Notes: generated by a model from the sequence alone, not told the origin. A DNA stretch of 64,000 bases from Sphagnum compactum (GCA_965153455.1 OZ234493.1:26836213-26900212), one strand, 5' to 3'; shown: positions 1 through 14,016, counted from the first letter of the stretch. A program made the numbers and translations.

Positions 1-237
1 TTTCGGCCCTTCTTTTGCCCATAACTCGGGCTGCAGATGTCCAAATGGCCCATGCGAGGCCATTTTCAACATCTACACTTCAAGACCTTTTCATTGATAT
101 AAAGAACACCTCAATGCGAGGTGTTTTGACCCCTGCAATCAAGCTCTGAATTTTTGAGAGTCCCGGTGGACTCCAAGTCCCCAACTTTGGGAATGTGAGT
201 TGCATCCTCACACTTTGCCCAAAGTGGGGTTGCGACA
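1..237 (-). mobile_element. Partial LTR (runs off the window start), same family as the solo LTR at 38016-39008 but in opposite orientation
   Basis: Reverse complement begins TGTCGCAACCCC, like the 38016 copy. It aligns by eye to 38190-38425 (e.g. GATTGCAGGGGTCAAA, GTTCTTTATATCA, AGTTATGG-CAAAAGAAGGG). Strand is given relative to that copy. Confidence 0.85.
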
Positions 238-639
238 AAGTTTGTGATGTAAAATGTAGAGGTACCATAGATGTCATCTCCACAAGGGAGAAAATTAAAG
301 GAACAAAGGCAAAGGGTCAAGAGAGAACATGATATTAGGATTCTAGAGGTTGAGGAGCAACATCCATCAACAGATGGGGACATTTATGAAGACTAAATGG
401 ACAACCATGAAAGTCCACAACATTTACGATAGTAATAGCAACAACAATAACAACAGACACAAGAAGGTTTACAAGCTAATGGACTACAAACAGAGAGGAT
501 GGAACGACAACCTCCTTTTGCAGTGTTTAGACCACTAAAATTATAGGTACTAGCTAGTAGACTAAGATCTACGAAAGGACAAACATTTGAGTTTTGGGTT
601 GGGGAGTAGATTAGCACAGGAGTTGGGATCTTCTACATA

Positions 640-1750
640 AGGATCCAAAAATCCTACAACACATATAAGTACACTAAAGTCTATGGATGAGGTAGTTGCA
701 GAAGCAATGCAAGCAAATAAGGTAGTTGAATTGTTTCAGACCATGGCAATTATGAGTCTGAATATAGGGAATTTGAATTTGGAGGTGAGCAATCTAAAAA
801 ACATATTGGCCATGAAAGATAAGGAGGAGGCAATATTGTAGGTCAAATTAGACAAGGGTAAGGGATTTCCAAAGGGAGTGCAAGCATAACATAGAATTGT
901 GGAGGAAGAACAAGATAAAAAATGAGCAGAAGATCAAAATGTTCATACAAAAATTGCAAGATGAGAATAAAGAACTCAAGGTTAAGACAGCTCTGATGAA
1001 ATCTGATGAAATCACAAGATGAAGAATTAAAGGAATTGAGGATGACTCTTGAAGCCTTGGAAACTACAAAAAGAAAATGGGCATATACATTGTTCCATTA
1101 CAAACAACAATAGGAGGTTTTGGGTGGTCAACTATAAGCACTAAGGAGAAGGAGAAGGAGAATGTTTTGACATATTTGGAATTGCTGAATTTGAATAGTG
1201 CTTATCTATTTAATTATGAAGAACTTAGAAGAAAGACAATAATGGCCAAAAAAAAAAGTAAGTTGGTGGAGGTAAATAAAGAGTATAAGAGGAATTTGCA
1301 CCAGGTGCAGGCATAGTTGGAGACTACCAATGAGAACATTATGGACCCAATTGGTGTGAAGAAAAGGTTGGAGGATTATGAACAGATGTTGCAGTATTAC
1401 ACTTTAATGAGGACAAAAAACAAGATGAAGGATTATGATGCAAAGTTTAAGGAATGGTGGGAAGTTGGAAAAGGCATACCTTTGCAAAGGAGTTGGAGAA
1501 GAATCTGGCCCAACATAGAGTTGATGAAAGGAACCTCAGGTACAAGTTGGAAATATATTAAAGAATTTTTCCAGAGTTTGTTTATGGAAGTCTAACAATT
1601 ATAGAGACATCGGGCCAAGATGAGGAGACTAAAACAGGGCCCAAGAGGACAGCTCGGGAGGAGGAAGTGCATACTAAGGAACCACATGAACTCAAAGGAG
1701 GGGGCTAAGAAGAAAAAGAACAAGAAACAACTTAAGAAGAAGAACAAGTG
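640..1750 (+). pseudogene. Decayed E/K-rich, coiled-coil-like ORF, probably a retroelement accessory ORF
   Basis: Purine-rich segments translate as MDEVVAEAMQANKVVELFQTMAIMSLNIGNLNLEVSNLKNIL..., KIKMFIQKLQDENKELKVK and GVKKRLEDYEQMLQYY, broken by stops and frameshifts. Family not recognised. Confidence 0.35.
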
Positions 1751-2817
1751 GAGACTACTTTAGTAACAAAGGTAAAGTAATCAAAGTTGTAGCCCTTGGA
1801 AGCAGAATCACAAATTGAGTTAGTGGAAGAGGAGGTCAGAACTGTAGATTCAGAGGTAGGTACAGAACCACTAGTTGTTATACAAGTTGGGACTACATAG
1901 ATTGCCATTTATGACTGGTGACAAAGTGACGCAGATGTCCAATTATTACAATGATTAAAAAATGATTACAAGTCATTTAATATGAACATACACAACCCTA
2001 TTGTAATGAAAAAACTTTGGCATATACCAGTAGTTAGAAGAAAAGATAACAGAAAACAAAGATAGGACAAGTCGACTAATTAAACAAGACAACAAACTAT
2101 TATAGGTTGAAATGTTGTAACAAGTCAACTCGATAAAGTATACAAGATGATTTCTGCAACAGGATGATACCAAGTCAATTTGTAAAAATGGTTAGACAGT
2201 TATAACTGCTTGTGTATTATTTAGGCAAAAATCAAGAAAGTAAAGGGGTTATTTTGTTGAGCATTGGATGGGGTTTAGAGGTATTCTTTATATCTAAATA
2301 GTTGTGAGATGACTATTAGAGAATATTAGAAAAAAATAAAGGATTGTATGGCAAAAAAGATATAACATCATGAAAAATAATGAAGATGAATTCAAAGTAA
2401 TGTTATTGTTTTCCTCGTTATTGTTATGTATGTTGTCAGATTTGTTGTTGAAATTTGTTTAAGTTATTTATATATGTGGTATCTAAACTAATTGAATAAG
2501 ACAAGAACCCATCAATGATATATGGCATTGACAAATTAATTATTTGTTGAAATTCAAACATTTTAGTTTTCAAAATTTTAGATTCCAAACATTCCATATA
2601 CTATAATACCTTGGTAGGTTTGGCACATGCCTCCCAAACAATTAATTAATTTTGAATATTCAAATTCAAGAAATAAAATACTCCTAAAGATTCTTTATTT
2701 TCCTTCCTAAAGAGTTGGTCTTTGGAATAAAATATTGATTATGGTCATATAACATTGGGCAGAGCCATTATGCGATGAACTACTTGTTTATTAATCTTTG
2801 TAGAAATTGTTGTTAAC

Positions 2818-3060
2818 ACCTACCCCTTCACCTATTTATGTATTTACATATTTACCTACCCACCCACCCATCTATCAACCTACCTACTTATTTACTTACC
2901 CACGCACCTACCTATTACCCATTTAGCTACCCATCAACCCACCCACCTATCTACCTGCTTACTCACCTACTACCTACTACCTACCTTCCCAAACACCCGC
3001 CTACCTACCTACTACATACCTTCCCACGCACCCACCTACCTATTTACCTACCTACCCACA
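2818..3060. repeat. CCTA/ACCC low-complexity tract
   Basis: Degenerate (ACCT)n/(ACCC)n run; explains spurious ORF 2838..3116. Confidence 0.85.
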
Positions 3061-3559
3061 ACGCCAAAACGTGGCATTTACAACTACAAAAATTCAATCG
3101 CATGTGCCATCTATGACTAAAGTTAAGTACATGATTACCTAGTCCAAATGACCACGTTGTAAATCCCACTAGTTACATTAATCCCAAATATTAACAACCA
3201 TAGTTCACCATGACTACAATCACAAAGGGCATAATCCTAGATCCAGCAAAACACATGTCAACCTCACAAAATGCCACATGTCACAATTTTTTTAAACAAA
3301 AAAAATTTAAATTTAAACCAATTTTTTTTAAAACCAAAAATATATATTTTTTACACCAAATTTTACACCAAATTTTATTTTCTTTTCTTTCTAGTCAAAT
3401 ATTGCCACGTGCTAGCCTCTTAACCTAAAGGACCTAGCCTAGAAAGCCTACCTTAGGCAACCTAGGCACTAAAAAAACTTCCTAGGCTAAGCAAGCCACC
3501 AAGGAATTTAAGCATTTAAGTGTTTAGTTGTCTAGGTGTTTAGATTTCAAAGTTTGCAA

Positions 3560-3620
3560 GTGGGAGGAATTGAATTCCCCACCTCCACTTTGAGGAACAA
3601 GTCCTTAACCATTGCACCAC
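3560..3620 (-). other. Degenerate tRNA-like (SINE-head-like) motif
   Basis: Minus strand has A-box-like TGGTGCAATGG and B-box-like GAATTCAATTCC at tRNA-like spacing. No intact cloverleaf. Confidence 0.4.
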
Positions 3621-3799
3621 ATTATTTATTTACGATATAATCTACTTACTATTAATCTATAATGTTTTTAGCTCAAGTTAAAATAACTCACACTACGCTA
3701 ACCTAGGTTGACATATCTAGACTAATTTAAGCCTAGCCTTGGTTAACATAAGTTTAGGTCAGAGTTAGGGGAAAAAAAATGAAGGGTCAGTACCAAAAG

Positions 3800-4963
3800 G
3801 GTGAACAATGATCAACACACAATCAGCCAGTGGATGAGGTTTCTCCGAGTGCTTTACAGACAGGTAATCATCCTGTCAGCTAGTAAGTAGGTATTACAAA
3901 AACCAGGAATTTAGGTCAGAGTTTGCTGAACAGCAGTTCTTTTTTATTGGCACCATGGTTTGCACTTTGCACTATGAAGGTTTTATTGCTCCATGACTCA
4001 AGCATACAGATTTCAAAGACAGAGAGATCACAGCACCTTCCTAACTTAGTCCAAAAGGGGGCATGCCATGGAACCCCTTACATCAATTCTCAGACTCAGG
4101 TCACTAAAATTTGTTCTTCCCTTCAATATTAGATGCTTCAGACTTCATTAATTTCTAGTACCACAAGAACACTATGAACAGCTGGGATGAACAAACAATA
4201 TGCCTGTACTCACTATCTGCAAGCACATTCTTGACTCTTGAGGTTTACCAGTTTCTCTTTCTTCATTTCCAAAACTCCCTTCCAATTACTTTACTCTTAA
4301 GGGATGAACTACATTCACCAGTATTTGGTCTGCCTTCCCCATTCACAACCCTAATTTTGCCACCTACCCTGTACATTAGGCGAAATGACAACCATGTTGG
4401 GAAGCCTCTTGGACAGAAGATGGTGGTTGAGATTGATTCTTTGTTCCCATGCCTTAGAATTTTTTAGTGAAGGATTTTGCTATATCTATGTTGGTCATGT
4501 TGCAGCCGTGTTGGAGTACCCATTCCCAGGGTGCACCATGGTCAAAAATGTCACATAATGTAGCACATGGGCACCAGGATTGATACCAGGATATCTATAA
4601 CATAAGCCCCCACAATACCCCTACCCCACAATCCCCCCTTTGATGAGAGTCTATAAAAGAATAAAATATACATTGTTAATTCAAGCCTCTTTGGTTCATG
4701 TCATTCTCAATGGCTGTTCCTTGCACAGGGAACAATAATTGGGAATGCAGTGAACCAAAAACTTTCTTGGGGAACAGTCATTGAGAACAGAATGGACCAA
4801 AAGGCTTAATGTCATCCACCATCTTCTGTCCAAGTAACTTCCCAGCATGGCTGTCATTTTGCCCTTGTCCCTATTATGTAGCCTACAGATATTGTTGATA
4901 TTACTCACCATTTATTTTACCCCCCTATTCCTTCAAGGGGCAATTACTTCACAACTGGGCCCT
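3800..4963 (-). pseudogene. Exon-like relics, tentatively PLAT/LH2-domain gene (3' block)
   Basis: Segment 4909-4963 (cag|...TG|gtgagt) splices in phase to a segment starting at 4368 (tacag|G), giving GPVVK*LPLEGIGG*NKWVGGKIRVVN. Segment 4037-4216 gives IVSTG.../SSQLFIVF...KSEASNIEGKNKF. Many stops. Confidence 0.3.
4379..4864. mobile_element. MITE-like element with ~55-bp imperfect terminal inverted repeats
   Basis: 4379-4435 (GGCGAAATGACAACCATGTTGGGAAG..CTTGGACAGAAGATGGTGG) matches the reverse complement of 4807-4864. TSD not clear. Confidence 0.7.
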
Positions 4964-6752
4964 CTGAAGCACACATTCACATTATTACACAACATCTCAC
5001 CAACATTACAGCTAATTTTAAAATGCCAGTTTTTTAGTTTGCCAAAGAGTCAATGTTTTTACTGGAAAAAAAGCACATTTTGCACTGAAATTTTCTTTTC
5101 AATTCTTTTCTTGAAAGAAAATAAAATAATAGAAAAAATTGCCCCAAAAAATCACTAACTAGAGCATGTTCTTGAACTCCATTCCTTCATATTTAGTGCT
5201 ATTCTTCCACATTAAGTATGTGCAGGCTCTGGAAACAATACTTGTGATTTGGGTAGGTCTTTGAAGTTCACAAGGTTCTTTTTAGCCCTACTTGCCGCCC
5301 TTACAAAACTGACCCCCTTGTGTGTTCCCTGACGACAAATGCACACTGCAATCTCAATAGTATATTAGTGTACTACTAGGGTAAATAGGTCAGTGACTGA
5401 ACACTTAGCGTGTCAGTCAGCTCTAGATCTTTCAATCTGCCTCCTTTGTTTCAGCTGTCTGAAGATAAAGAGTAGAGGGTGCACCCTACGCCCTTTAAAT
5501 CACTTAAATTGAGTCAAAATTGACCGAGTTATGCCTCTCTAAAGATTTGGTGATAAAAAATGAGAGAAAAAAAGCTTTCAAACACATGAAAGCCCATGAA
5601 AGTTTATTTGCTCACCTAAAACGAAACAATGATATCCTTGTTGATGGATGTTTTTGGTCCTCATCAAATAGATGAAATTTTCAACAACCATTATCTTCAA
5701 AATGACCATACAGTTTTGAACATGTGTTCACAATCTTCACAAAAATTAGGGTTAGAAATCAATGATTACAAATTTAAAAGCCCTAGGTCACCAAACCCAT
5801 GGCAGGTTTGTGGGGGTGGGTTTTCTTAGATAGTTGTCACCAGGAAAAGGCACAATAGTGGGTGCCAATTTTCTTGGACATTCATCACTAGGAAGCGTGG
5901 GTTTTCTTGGAAAGTCATCACAAGGAGCGTGGGTTTTTTTGGAAATTCGTCAATAGGAAGAAGCAAGAAAAAACATTGGTTTTCTTCTATGTTCATCATC
6001 AAAAGCAATAGTCACATGACTTGAAGCAATTTCTTCGTCAAGAAGAGGTGAGTTTGTGATGTCTGTCATAGGAAGAAGTGCATCATTAGCAAGTAACTTG
6101 TCACCAAGAAGAAAACAATGTCATGAAGAAAAGGCATGTTGCCAGGAAAAACATTGCACTAGGAAGAGGCAAGCTTGCATCATTAGGAAGAAGACACACC
6201 TAAGTTGCCTGCTCATCATTGGAGACTATTTTAGTTGTATGGACATGTTCTTGAAACTCTCAATTGGAAGTTCCATCATTGTTGTAGCCTACATTCACAA
6301 GAAAAAATCTTATTATTTTTCATTATCCAAATTTATTAGGATTTTAATGAAATGGAACAAAAGTAACTAATATGCAACTTGTATGGTTTTGATAAAAAAT
6401 GACTAGTTGATTAGAAAAAATTTAGTGAAATATTTTTAGTTTTTTGAATAGTCACATGTTGCACTACATAATTATTACATGGATATATGGGTATCTAAGT
6501 TAATATGATGTGAAATAAATCACCACATCATCATACAATTGTTTTTCAAAATTTTTCGTTTTTTTTTTCTAAATAATGGAATCATGAATAATTATTTTTT
6601 CACAACATGCTATGAAAAAATTACATGATGTGAATTTTTTTTTTATTATTTATTTTTTCCGATTTTGTGAAAAAAGAGTTTTGACATCATTAGCCATGAT
6701 GTACATGTTTGTATATTGCATTCACTACAAGATACATTGATGCACACATTCA

Positions 6753-6809
6753 TCAAGGTTTGAACCCAAGACAAATGGAGGCACACCAAGGTCTTAACCA
6801 CCAAACAAC
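6753..6809 (-). other. Degenerate tRNA-like motif
   Basis: Minus strand TTTGGTGGTTAAGACC...GGGTTCAAACC (B-box-like). Confidence 0.35.
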
Positions 6810-8679
6810 TTCAAAACTTTGTTAATATAAAATATAAAATTTAAATTTATTATGTTTGGCATGGAATTGTTTAAGAAATTCACATTTTAACGTATGTTTT
6901 TTTTCAAATTTTATTTAAATGTTACAAATGAAAACATCATCTTGAAGCTTATTTAATAATGTCTTCAAAAACTTTATTATACTTCTAGGATATCAAATAT
7001 AAAATGTTTTAAAATGCTTAAAATATCATGTCATGAATAATTTTACAAATATCTTTCTATTTAAATTGACCTACAATCTTTGTGAATTCAATAATGTTAT
7101 CATTAAGTCTTTAACAATGTTATTTCCATTATGTAAAATATGTTCATTTTATGAAGAATTGCAAGTTTTTATTTTCCATGGTATGATTAGGTATACAGTT
7201 ATTTATTTATTTTTGCAATGTTGTTAAAAAAGCAATCATCTATAAGAAGATTTTGCCACATTTGGTTATAGACAAGTTGTAGAGTTGGAAATTTGTTTAA
7301 ATCTTTCAATATTATGGCTTTCTTTTATCACTATTGTAAAATTTTAATAATATATATTTTAAATTTGAAAAAGATTGATTTTTTTCTTTCAAAAAAATCC
7401 TTTGTTGATGTTATTGCCCCTTTAAATTGGAAAAAATGGCTTGACAGAAAGAAAAAAAATTAATAGTCAATACATTTATTTAATTTTCAATACCATATTT
7501 GTTTTAAAATATGGACCATACACTAATACAAATGATTAATTATAAAAATTGAAAAAAATCACAATTTTCTTAAAAAATGATGTAAGAATATATTTTACCT
7601 TTGTTTATTTTGGAAAAGTAAAAGTAGCATAATTTGGTGAAAATTTGGCATTAAATAGTTGGATTCAACCCCCTTCCCCAACCAACATGTTTATTTTTGG
7701 TTTCGAATTTTCCTAACTTGGCAATTCTTGTTGGGAAAAAAATGGAAAAATGTGCAAATTTAAGGAAAAATGTAAACAACAAAAAATTGCCAAAAATTTG
7801 AAACCAAAAAGGTTAATCCTAATGAATAAAAAATTAACATTAATTTTAATAATTCCAACCTTAAACAAAATTCCAACATCAAATTTAATTGAAAACTTTT
7901 AAGCTCAATATTTGAAATCACTATAAAGCTTATTGAATTTTTTTTGAAAAAAAAAATATTAATGATATAACTGAAGTTTTTTTGGGTGGTGAATTTCCAC
8001 AATTTTGCAAACATGAAAGGGGCCATGAAGATCGACAATGATTATTTAATTTAAAAAACCAAAAGAAATCACATTTAATTTCTTTAATGATATAATTCTA
8101 CAATGGGTTCTAAGATTATAGCCAAAACATAAAAATATTTTAACAAATTTATACCTCCATATACATTGTCTATAGTTAAAACATGGTTAAATATTTTGTG
8201 AATGATCTTGAAAAACACCACAAAATTGAAAAAAACAAAAAAACTCATTCATTTGTATAATTTTTAAAAATTCACCTTTAAATATTTAAACAAAAATTTG
8301 TAACAATGCAAGTTTTAAATTTTTGATAAATCATGTTTAAAATATAAATAATACGCAAAAGATATTGATAATTGATAATTATATTTATTGTTAATAATTC
8401 TTAAAATCTAAATTTTTAATCTTTTTTTTTAACATGCTTTTTTTTCACATACACCAAGAAAGAAAAATGGGAAAAAGATAAGGATTATTTCCTAGGGGTT
8501 TTTGGTGTGACATCATGAACATCATAGTAAAAAGCTTGTCAATGATGCATTAAAAAAACTAGGGGAAAACATACATTCTAATTTACATAAATGTATAAAA
8601 TTTTAATATGTGGAAAAAATTTAATTTAAAGGTCTACATGCATTTTAAACTTGGCATGCATGAACATTTGACCTAATCA

Positions 8680-9115
8680 TTAACCTATTCAAATATAAAT
8701 GTGAGACCTACCTAGCTTTTAGACATCCATTTAAAAAATTGTGGTGAGTGTAAAATGCAATTTGTGGATGATGGATTTAACACATTCAAAGTGAATGATT
8801 CAACTCAAATGAAAATGTTGATAATTCGAAAGATGTGAAAAAATTCGCTAACATGTTCAAATATAAATGTGAAGCATTAAGTTGTTATGTGTGTTTCAAT
8901 ATATATTAATAAGTGCAATATGCAATATTTGAATAATGGTTTTAATAAGTTCAAAATGGATGATTCAACTCATGTAAAGATGTTGATAGTTCAAGAAATG
9001 TGAAAAATTTCACTAAACCATTCAAATATAATTGCAAAACATTGAGTTGCATGTGTTTCAATATATTCTAATAAGTGCAAAATGTAATTTGTGAGTACTG
9101 GTTTTAACACATTAA
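8680..9115. repeat. Diverged ~167-bp tandem repeat, about 2.5 copies
   Basis: TTCAAATATAA recurs at about 8688, 8856 and 9021 with matching downstream blocks (ATGATTCAACTCA, ATGTTGATA). Confidence 0.7.
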
Positions 9116-10389
9116 AGAATAAGATAGGGTCCAATTATATTCATAAGTGAACAACACAATGAATGTTACAACTATGAACAATATTGACCATCAATTAGTG
9201 CAACAAGCCACTTACAAACTTAAGATGGCCAAATGTAGTTGAAATGTAGTCAAATTGGATGGTAGTCACAATGTGTGGGGATGGAAAAGGACAAGATTTT
9301 TGTTTGTGATTGGTCTCTTGGGCATGTTCTTGAAACTCTAACCTCAAAGTTCTAATGTTGCTATAACGTATTCTAGTATTCTGGACATGTTTTTGAAACT
9401 TTGAGTTAAAAGCTCCATTGTTGATGTAATCTATTTTGGTCTTTTGGCCTTTTGGGTGTTTTTGAGGTGTTGTTTCAACATTTTGGTTGTGTTTATTGTA
9501 TTTTTGAAATCCAATTTGGCCATCCTAACTTCAAGTTGTGTTTTTTTGTGTTATTGTGGTTTTGTCTTAATAAGTTCAAGCTTCCACTTGTGCTTTTGAA
9601 ATCCACATTTTGGCCTTGATTTTTTTTCCATGTTTTTGAGATGCTTATATTTTGGTTTTAGTTCTGGTGATCTTAGATCATGTTCTCCTTTGGTGTCCAT
9701 GGTTTTGATGGTGACCATACGTATCTCTCATATTTAATCATTAGAAGGTAAATAGCTTTATTACTCAATGCCTTCTTACTTACTACTTAGCATGTGCCTA
9801 TCAAAAGTCCCAATCTTGATCCTTTTTTGTTGGATTGATAATTTTTTCCCCTAACATGTATAATAAAAACTTTTCTAAATGGGCAACCTTTCATATGGAT
9901 TTTATTAATTGATTAATCACCACATATGGGCCCCTTCAACATTGGTTTTTAACGTTTGTTTCCATTTAAGTGTTAATTTTTCCATTTATATGGACTTTGG
10001 GGATTGGGACTCTTGTCGTTTTTGAGCCACTATAGCTTGCATCTACCCAACCTCATGGCTTTTTGCGTTAAATTTGGAAGATTATAGGTTTCCTACATAA
10101 TTAAGGAGTAACTTCATCTAGTTTTACAATCTCTTCTAGCTACTCTTCTATCACAGTAGGGCTTTGAGGCATGTCTACATAATAGTGTTGGTTAATTTTT
10201 GACTTGTTGGTTGGATGATCTTTTGGTGTTGTTTGATGGATTGTTGTTTTAACTATATGAAAAAGTTATCCATTAGCAAAATTTTCACCCCGTTATTGAC
10301 CTTGAGTACAATCAATTCCTTCATTTGATGTATATTCTTCTTGATCATTTCCATGGTTGTTAATGTTTGTTGTAGTGTAAATTTTTGAA

Positions 10390-11640
10390 GGTCAAGTCTT
10401 GTTTTCCATTGCCTTGGGGCTGAAAGGCCAAATACATGTAGTTTTGAACCCAACCTTGATGTTGTTATTTGTGAGAGATTGATTTACGGCCTGGTCTACC
10501 CATCCAATTAAAATGATATTATCTAGTTCCATGTGATTGCTTCTAAACATAGCTACATCCTTAACCTTTAATCTAAATGTTGTTTAAAATGATTTGAAAT
10601 AAGATGCCTCTAATTGTTATAGAACATGTGATGTATGAAACGATAAGGTAATCATGTCTAACCCAAACTCTTGTGCATGTTTTATTGTTTCTAGGTAACA
10701 TGATTGTCATGCCCATCCAAAACTAACAAATGTTGATTGGTAAAAGACATTCCACTTGGAATAAACTTCTTGAAGAAAGTTAAAAATTCCTTGAACAAAA
10801 AAAAGTCATCCGAACTTTCTTTTGCATTACCATGTAGGTTCCTAGTTAACAGAATTTAATTTAGTCGTCTTGTAGTTTTTCATTTCTGAAAATGTAGAAT
10901 TTTAGTAAAACACCTCTTGTAACATTTACTGCATAGTTTATAGTTAACCACTGAGTCTTGGGGATGGTGCTATAAATTGCATTTGATCCTTTCATAGTTA
11001 GAACCCTTACTGGATAATTTGTCTACTAACATGAATGTATGTTTCATCTGAATTCCATATATGATTTGCAATGTAATTGTGTTGGTTGTATAGTGATTGT
11101 AGGTTGGTGTAAAATGAATTGCAAGAAATGGGTGTCAATCCTTGTGCTCTACAAACTTTTTGTCCTTCTACTTGTCCAATGTTCACCTTTAGATGTCTTT
11201 GTTTGAACCAATACCACCAACTATTGCATGGTATTTCATTTTAGAATAATGCATCCCCTACTTGTGTCAATTCTACAATCTTCATCTTTAGTTGTTGCAA
11301 GCTTGTGGATAGTCCACATTCTTGTATATCTAAAGTCCATTTGATCATTGTAACATCCTCTTTTTCTATAAGCACACCTCCTGGACCCATCTTTCTAAAC
11401 CTTGTTTTTCCTTTCAAGCAATCAAAAAGTGAGTTCAAAAGAATGTTCCATGACTTATTGGCCCTCCTTAAATAACGTCCTTTCAACAACATCCATTGTT
11501 GCTTCCAATGTTTCATCTGTCCACATGTGTCTCCTACTTGCTATAGGGATTTGATTCATTTGTGGTGGTTTTCCAAGTTTTGGTCTATGATTCATGAACA
11601 TGGGGTAGATTTTCCTTCTTCTCCATTCCTTGTCCATGTC
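10390..11640 (-). mobile_element. Decayed pogo/Tigger-like (Tc1-mariner superfamily) transposase: HTH region plus DDE_1 domain
   Basis: Minus-strand translation gives WTDETLEATM..., SWWYWFKQRH, IWNSDET (11041-11060), LLVLDGHDNHV (~10699-10730), HTSHVL and NIKVGFKTTCIWPFSP, in the canonical order. Multiple stops and frameshifts. Confidence 0.85.
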
Positions 11641-12153
11641 GTTTTGTCGCCTTCAAGGCACATTTAAATTCATGATTGTTGATGTCTTTTAGATCCCAAT
11701 ATCCATGAACTTAGTGGTGTGCATTTTAGCCCAATTAATGGTATGCCTTTATTTTTCTTGTACACATTCCAAGAATCCAAAAAATGCTGTAAGTTTGGAA
11801 ATGTATGCATTGCATGTTCAAGTAATGTTATAGTAGAGTAGATGAAAGTATAAAAATTTGCAAATTCTTCCCACATTAAATCAACATCTTTTGCTAATGT
11901 ACAAGATATGGGAAGAAATATATATGAATGATTAATATGAATTAGTTGATCCCTTGCTCTTTTGAAATTTCTTGACTTAATGTTTCAAACTATAGATTGT
12001 TGAATTTATCAATAATCTAAATATTTCTTGAACCTTTGGTAGTAAATATGATCTATGATTTCTATCCTAGACTTTATTAGTGATCTTTCTTGTTGGTGGA
12101 GGGCATGTTTATTATATAAACATGAATATGCTATTGAGGTTCAATAACCAATA

Positions 12154-12610
12154 TTGGTGTGGCTTGTGCCACTGGCCCAAATGTGAATAAGATTACATAA
12201 CTATTCAAAGTGTGAACAAAATTAAGGATAAAGCCCAATCGTGAAAATAAATTAAATTAAATTAATTTCCATTGACAAAAAAAAATCAAAGTTCAATATA
12301 TTTCACAATTTAAGTCTAAAAATTACAAAATCACCTCCACAAAACCCTAGTTGTTTAGGGCTTTTCAACAATACAAGGAATGCACCCAAAATTTTCAACT
12401 AAATTTTGAGTTTTGATTTTATTGAATTTCAATTTAAAAAAATTCCATATTCAATAACTCTAAGCATTATAAGTGTAAACATTATGAAATCACCTTGGTG
12501 CACCCCTTCCTTCAAGGCTTTGCAATGAAACTGAGAGCATGGTTAGATGCATCGTGCTTTGGGAGATTTCAAGGTGTCAAACAAACAAATAACCTTCCTT
12601 AAAAAATATG
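12154..12610 (-). mobile_element. Degenerate non-autonomous Helitron related to 40452-40888
   Basis: Minus-strand 3' end GGGCCAGTGGCACAAGCCACACCAA (CTAG decayed). Shares body motifs with the 40.4-kb copy (TGCACCCCT, TTCAACAA, AAACAAACAAA-AACCTTC). Confidence 0.55.
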
Positions 12611-13950
12611 TAGGTTCACAAAGCATCGAGTTGACATTGTGAATTAAATCAAGAATTGGACTAATTACTATGCGACAAAGCTTTCAAACAATACTTGCGA
12701 TTTGGGTGGGCCTTTTTAGTCCAACCTAGCCTCCTAAGCAAAACTGATCCTTTCTCATGGGTCCAAGTTAAATGTGAGAATTAAGAACTAGATGATACCG
12801 GGCATACAGGGAACTCTGGCAGCCCAAAGGTAGTGAACAATGTTTTTTCTCTGACAAATCATGTTTTTTTTCCAACCCAAAAATTAAGAATTTTTTTTTC
12901 TCATGTAAATTGGACAAGTTTACCTTTTTTTTTTTGCAAAATGTTGCCAAACTTTTAACATCACAAACTTGAAAAGAAACTGTGATCATGAAGGGCATTT
13001 ACTTTTGGTAGACGTGGATTAAATCCTTGTAGAATTATTCCACATTTATTGTAATTACATATTTGCACTATGATATGCACACATTCATAATTCTTACCTT
13101 GATTCTAAACACACATGTTTCTTTAGTTCATTAAAACACCATATTCATGGTTATTTCATATACACAAAATCTATATTTAAAAATACAATGTAGAAAATCT
13201 AAGAAGATAATTACAATTCATTTCCTTATTTTTTTATACTTCAGAGAATTCACACAACAATTTGAATATGAAAATCATTGCAAAAGTCTATACTTTTCTT
13301 ATTTATTGAAAATTTCAATCAAAATCTAGCAAAAAATTCCACATTCTATTGAAATGAAATCAAATAGCAAGATTAAATTTGTGGTACATCAAAAACAAAG
13401 TTTATAGTTTTTGATATAAAGTACCTACATCTCCTTTCTTACTCCCAAAATTGTGCCTAAGAATCAATATCCTTTTCCTAAAACTCTCATTTTTGGGCAG
13501 TCCCCAAATCATTATCAACATGCATTACACCAAAATGTGTCCTAGTTCACTTTGGATTTCATTAAATTTTGAGTGATTTGGACATTTTTACCTAGTGAAA
13601 TTGGTTAACCCCCTAGTGAACGGGGACCAATTGCTACATACAATGAATTATTTCACTAGTACCTGCTGAAACAAGGTTACTCTCAAGTGAAATACAAATT
13701 TACCAAGCCATTCATTTGCTAATTAATTAATTAGCTAACATGGAAATTAATTAAAATTAACTTATTTAATATAATATTATTAATAATTTCATGATTTTCA
13801 ACCTATGATATATTAACACGTGTCATTACTTAGGCTAAGTTTAAAACTTAACCTATGTAGGTAGGCCATGTAATAAACCTAGGCACCTATTCTAGGGAAC
13901 TAGATAGGAGAATATTCGATCAACTTACAATTGTTGACCACACACAACAC

Positions 13951-14016
13951 CACTTATGAAATTTGATCCCTTGACCTTTAAAATGGAGGCAAACACCCCT
14001 ACCATCATACCACCCC
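13951..14016 (-). other. Degenerate tRNA-like motif
   Basis: Minus strand GGTGGTATGATGGTAG...GGGATCAAATT; resembles the copies at 3560 and 6753. Confidence 0.3.

Noticed and set aside
3560-3620. Functional tRNA gene
   Set aside because: No convincing acceptor stem or anticodon arm; kept only as a degenerate motif.
4409-4430. TTGGACAGAAGATGGTGG resembling miR156/157
   Set aside because: Only the GACAGAAGA core matches; it lies in a TIR whose partner is ~370 bp away, not in a compact precursor.
5225-5332. Possible extra PLAT-like exon (RTL*TSKTYPNHKYCFQ)
   Set aside because: A diverged copy occurs at ~12680-12765, so it behaves as a short dispersed repeat; the peptide resemblance is likely chance.
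12140-12235. Candidate TIR of the pogo-like element pairing with ~9125-9215
   Set aside because: Similarity is limited to a short ACAAGCCAC word, and this segment is better explained as the 3' end of a Helitron.
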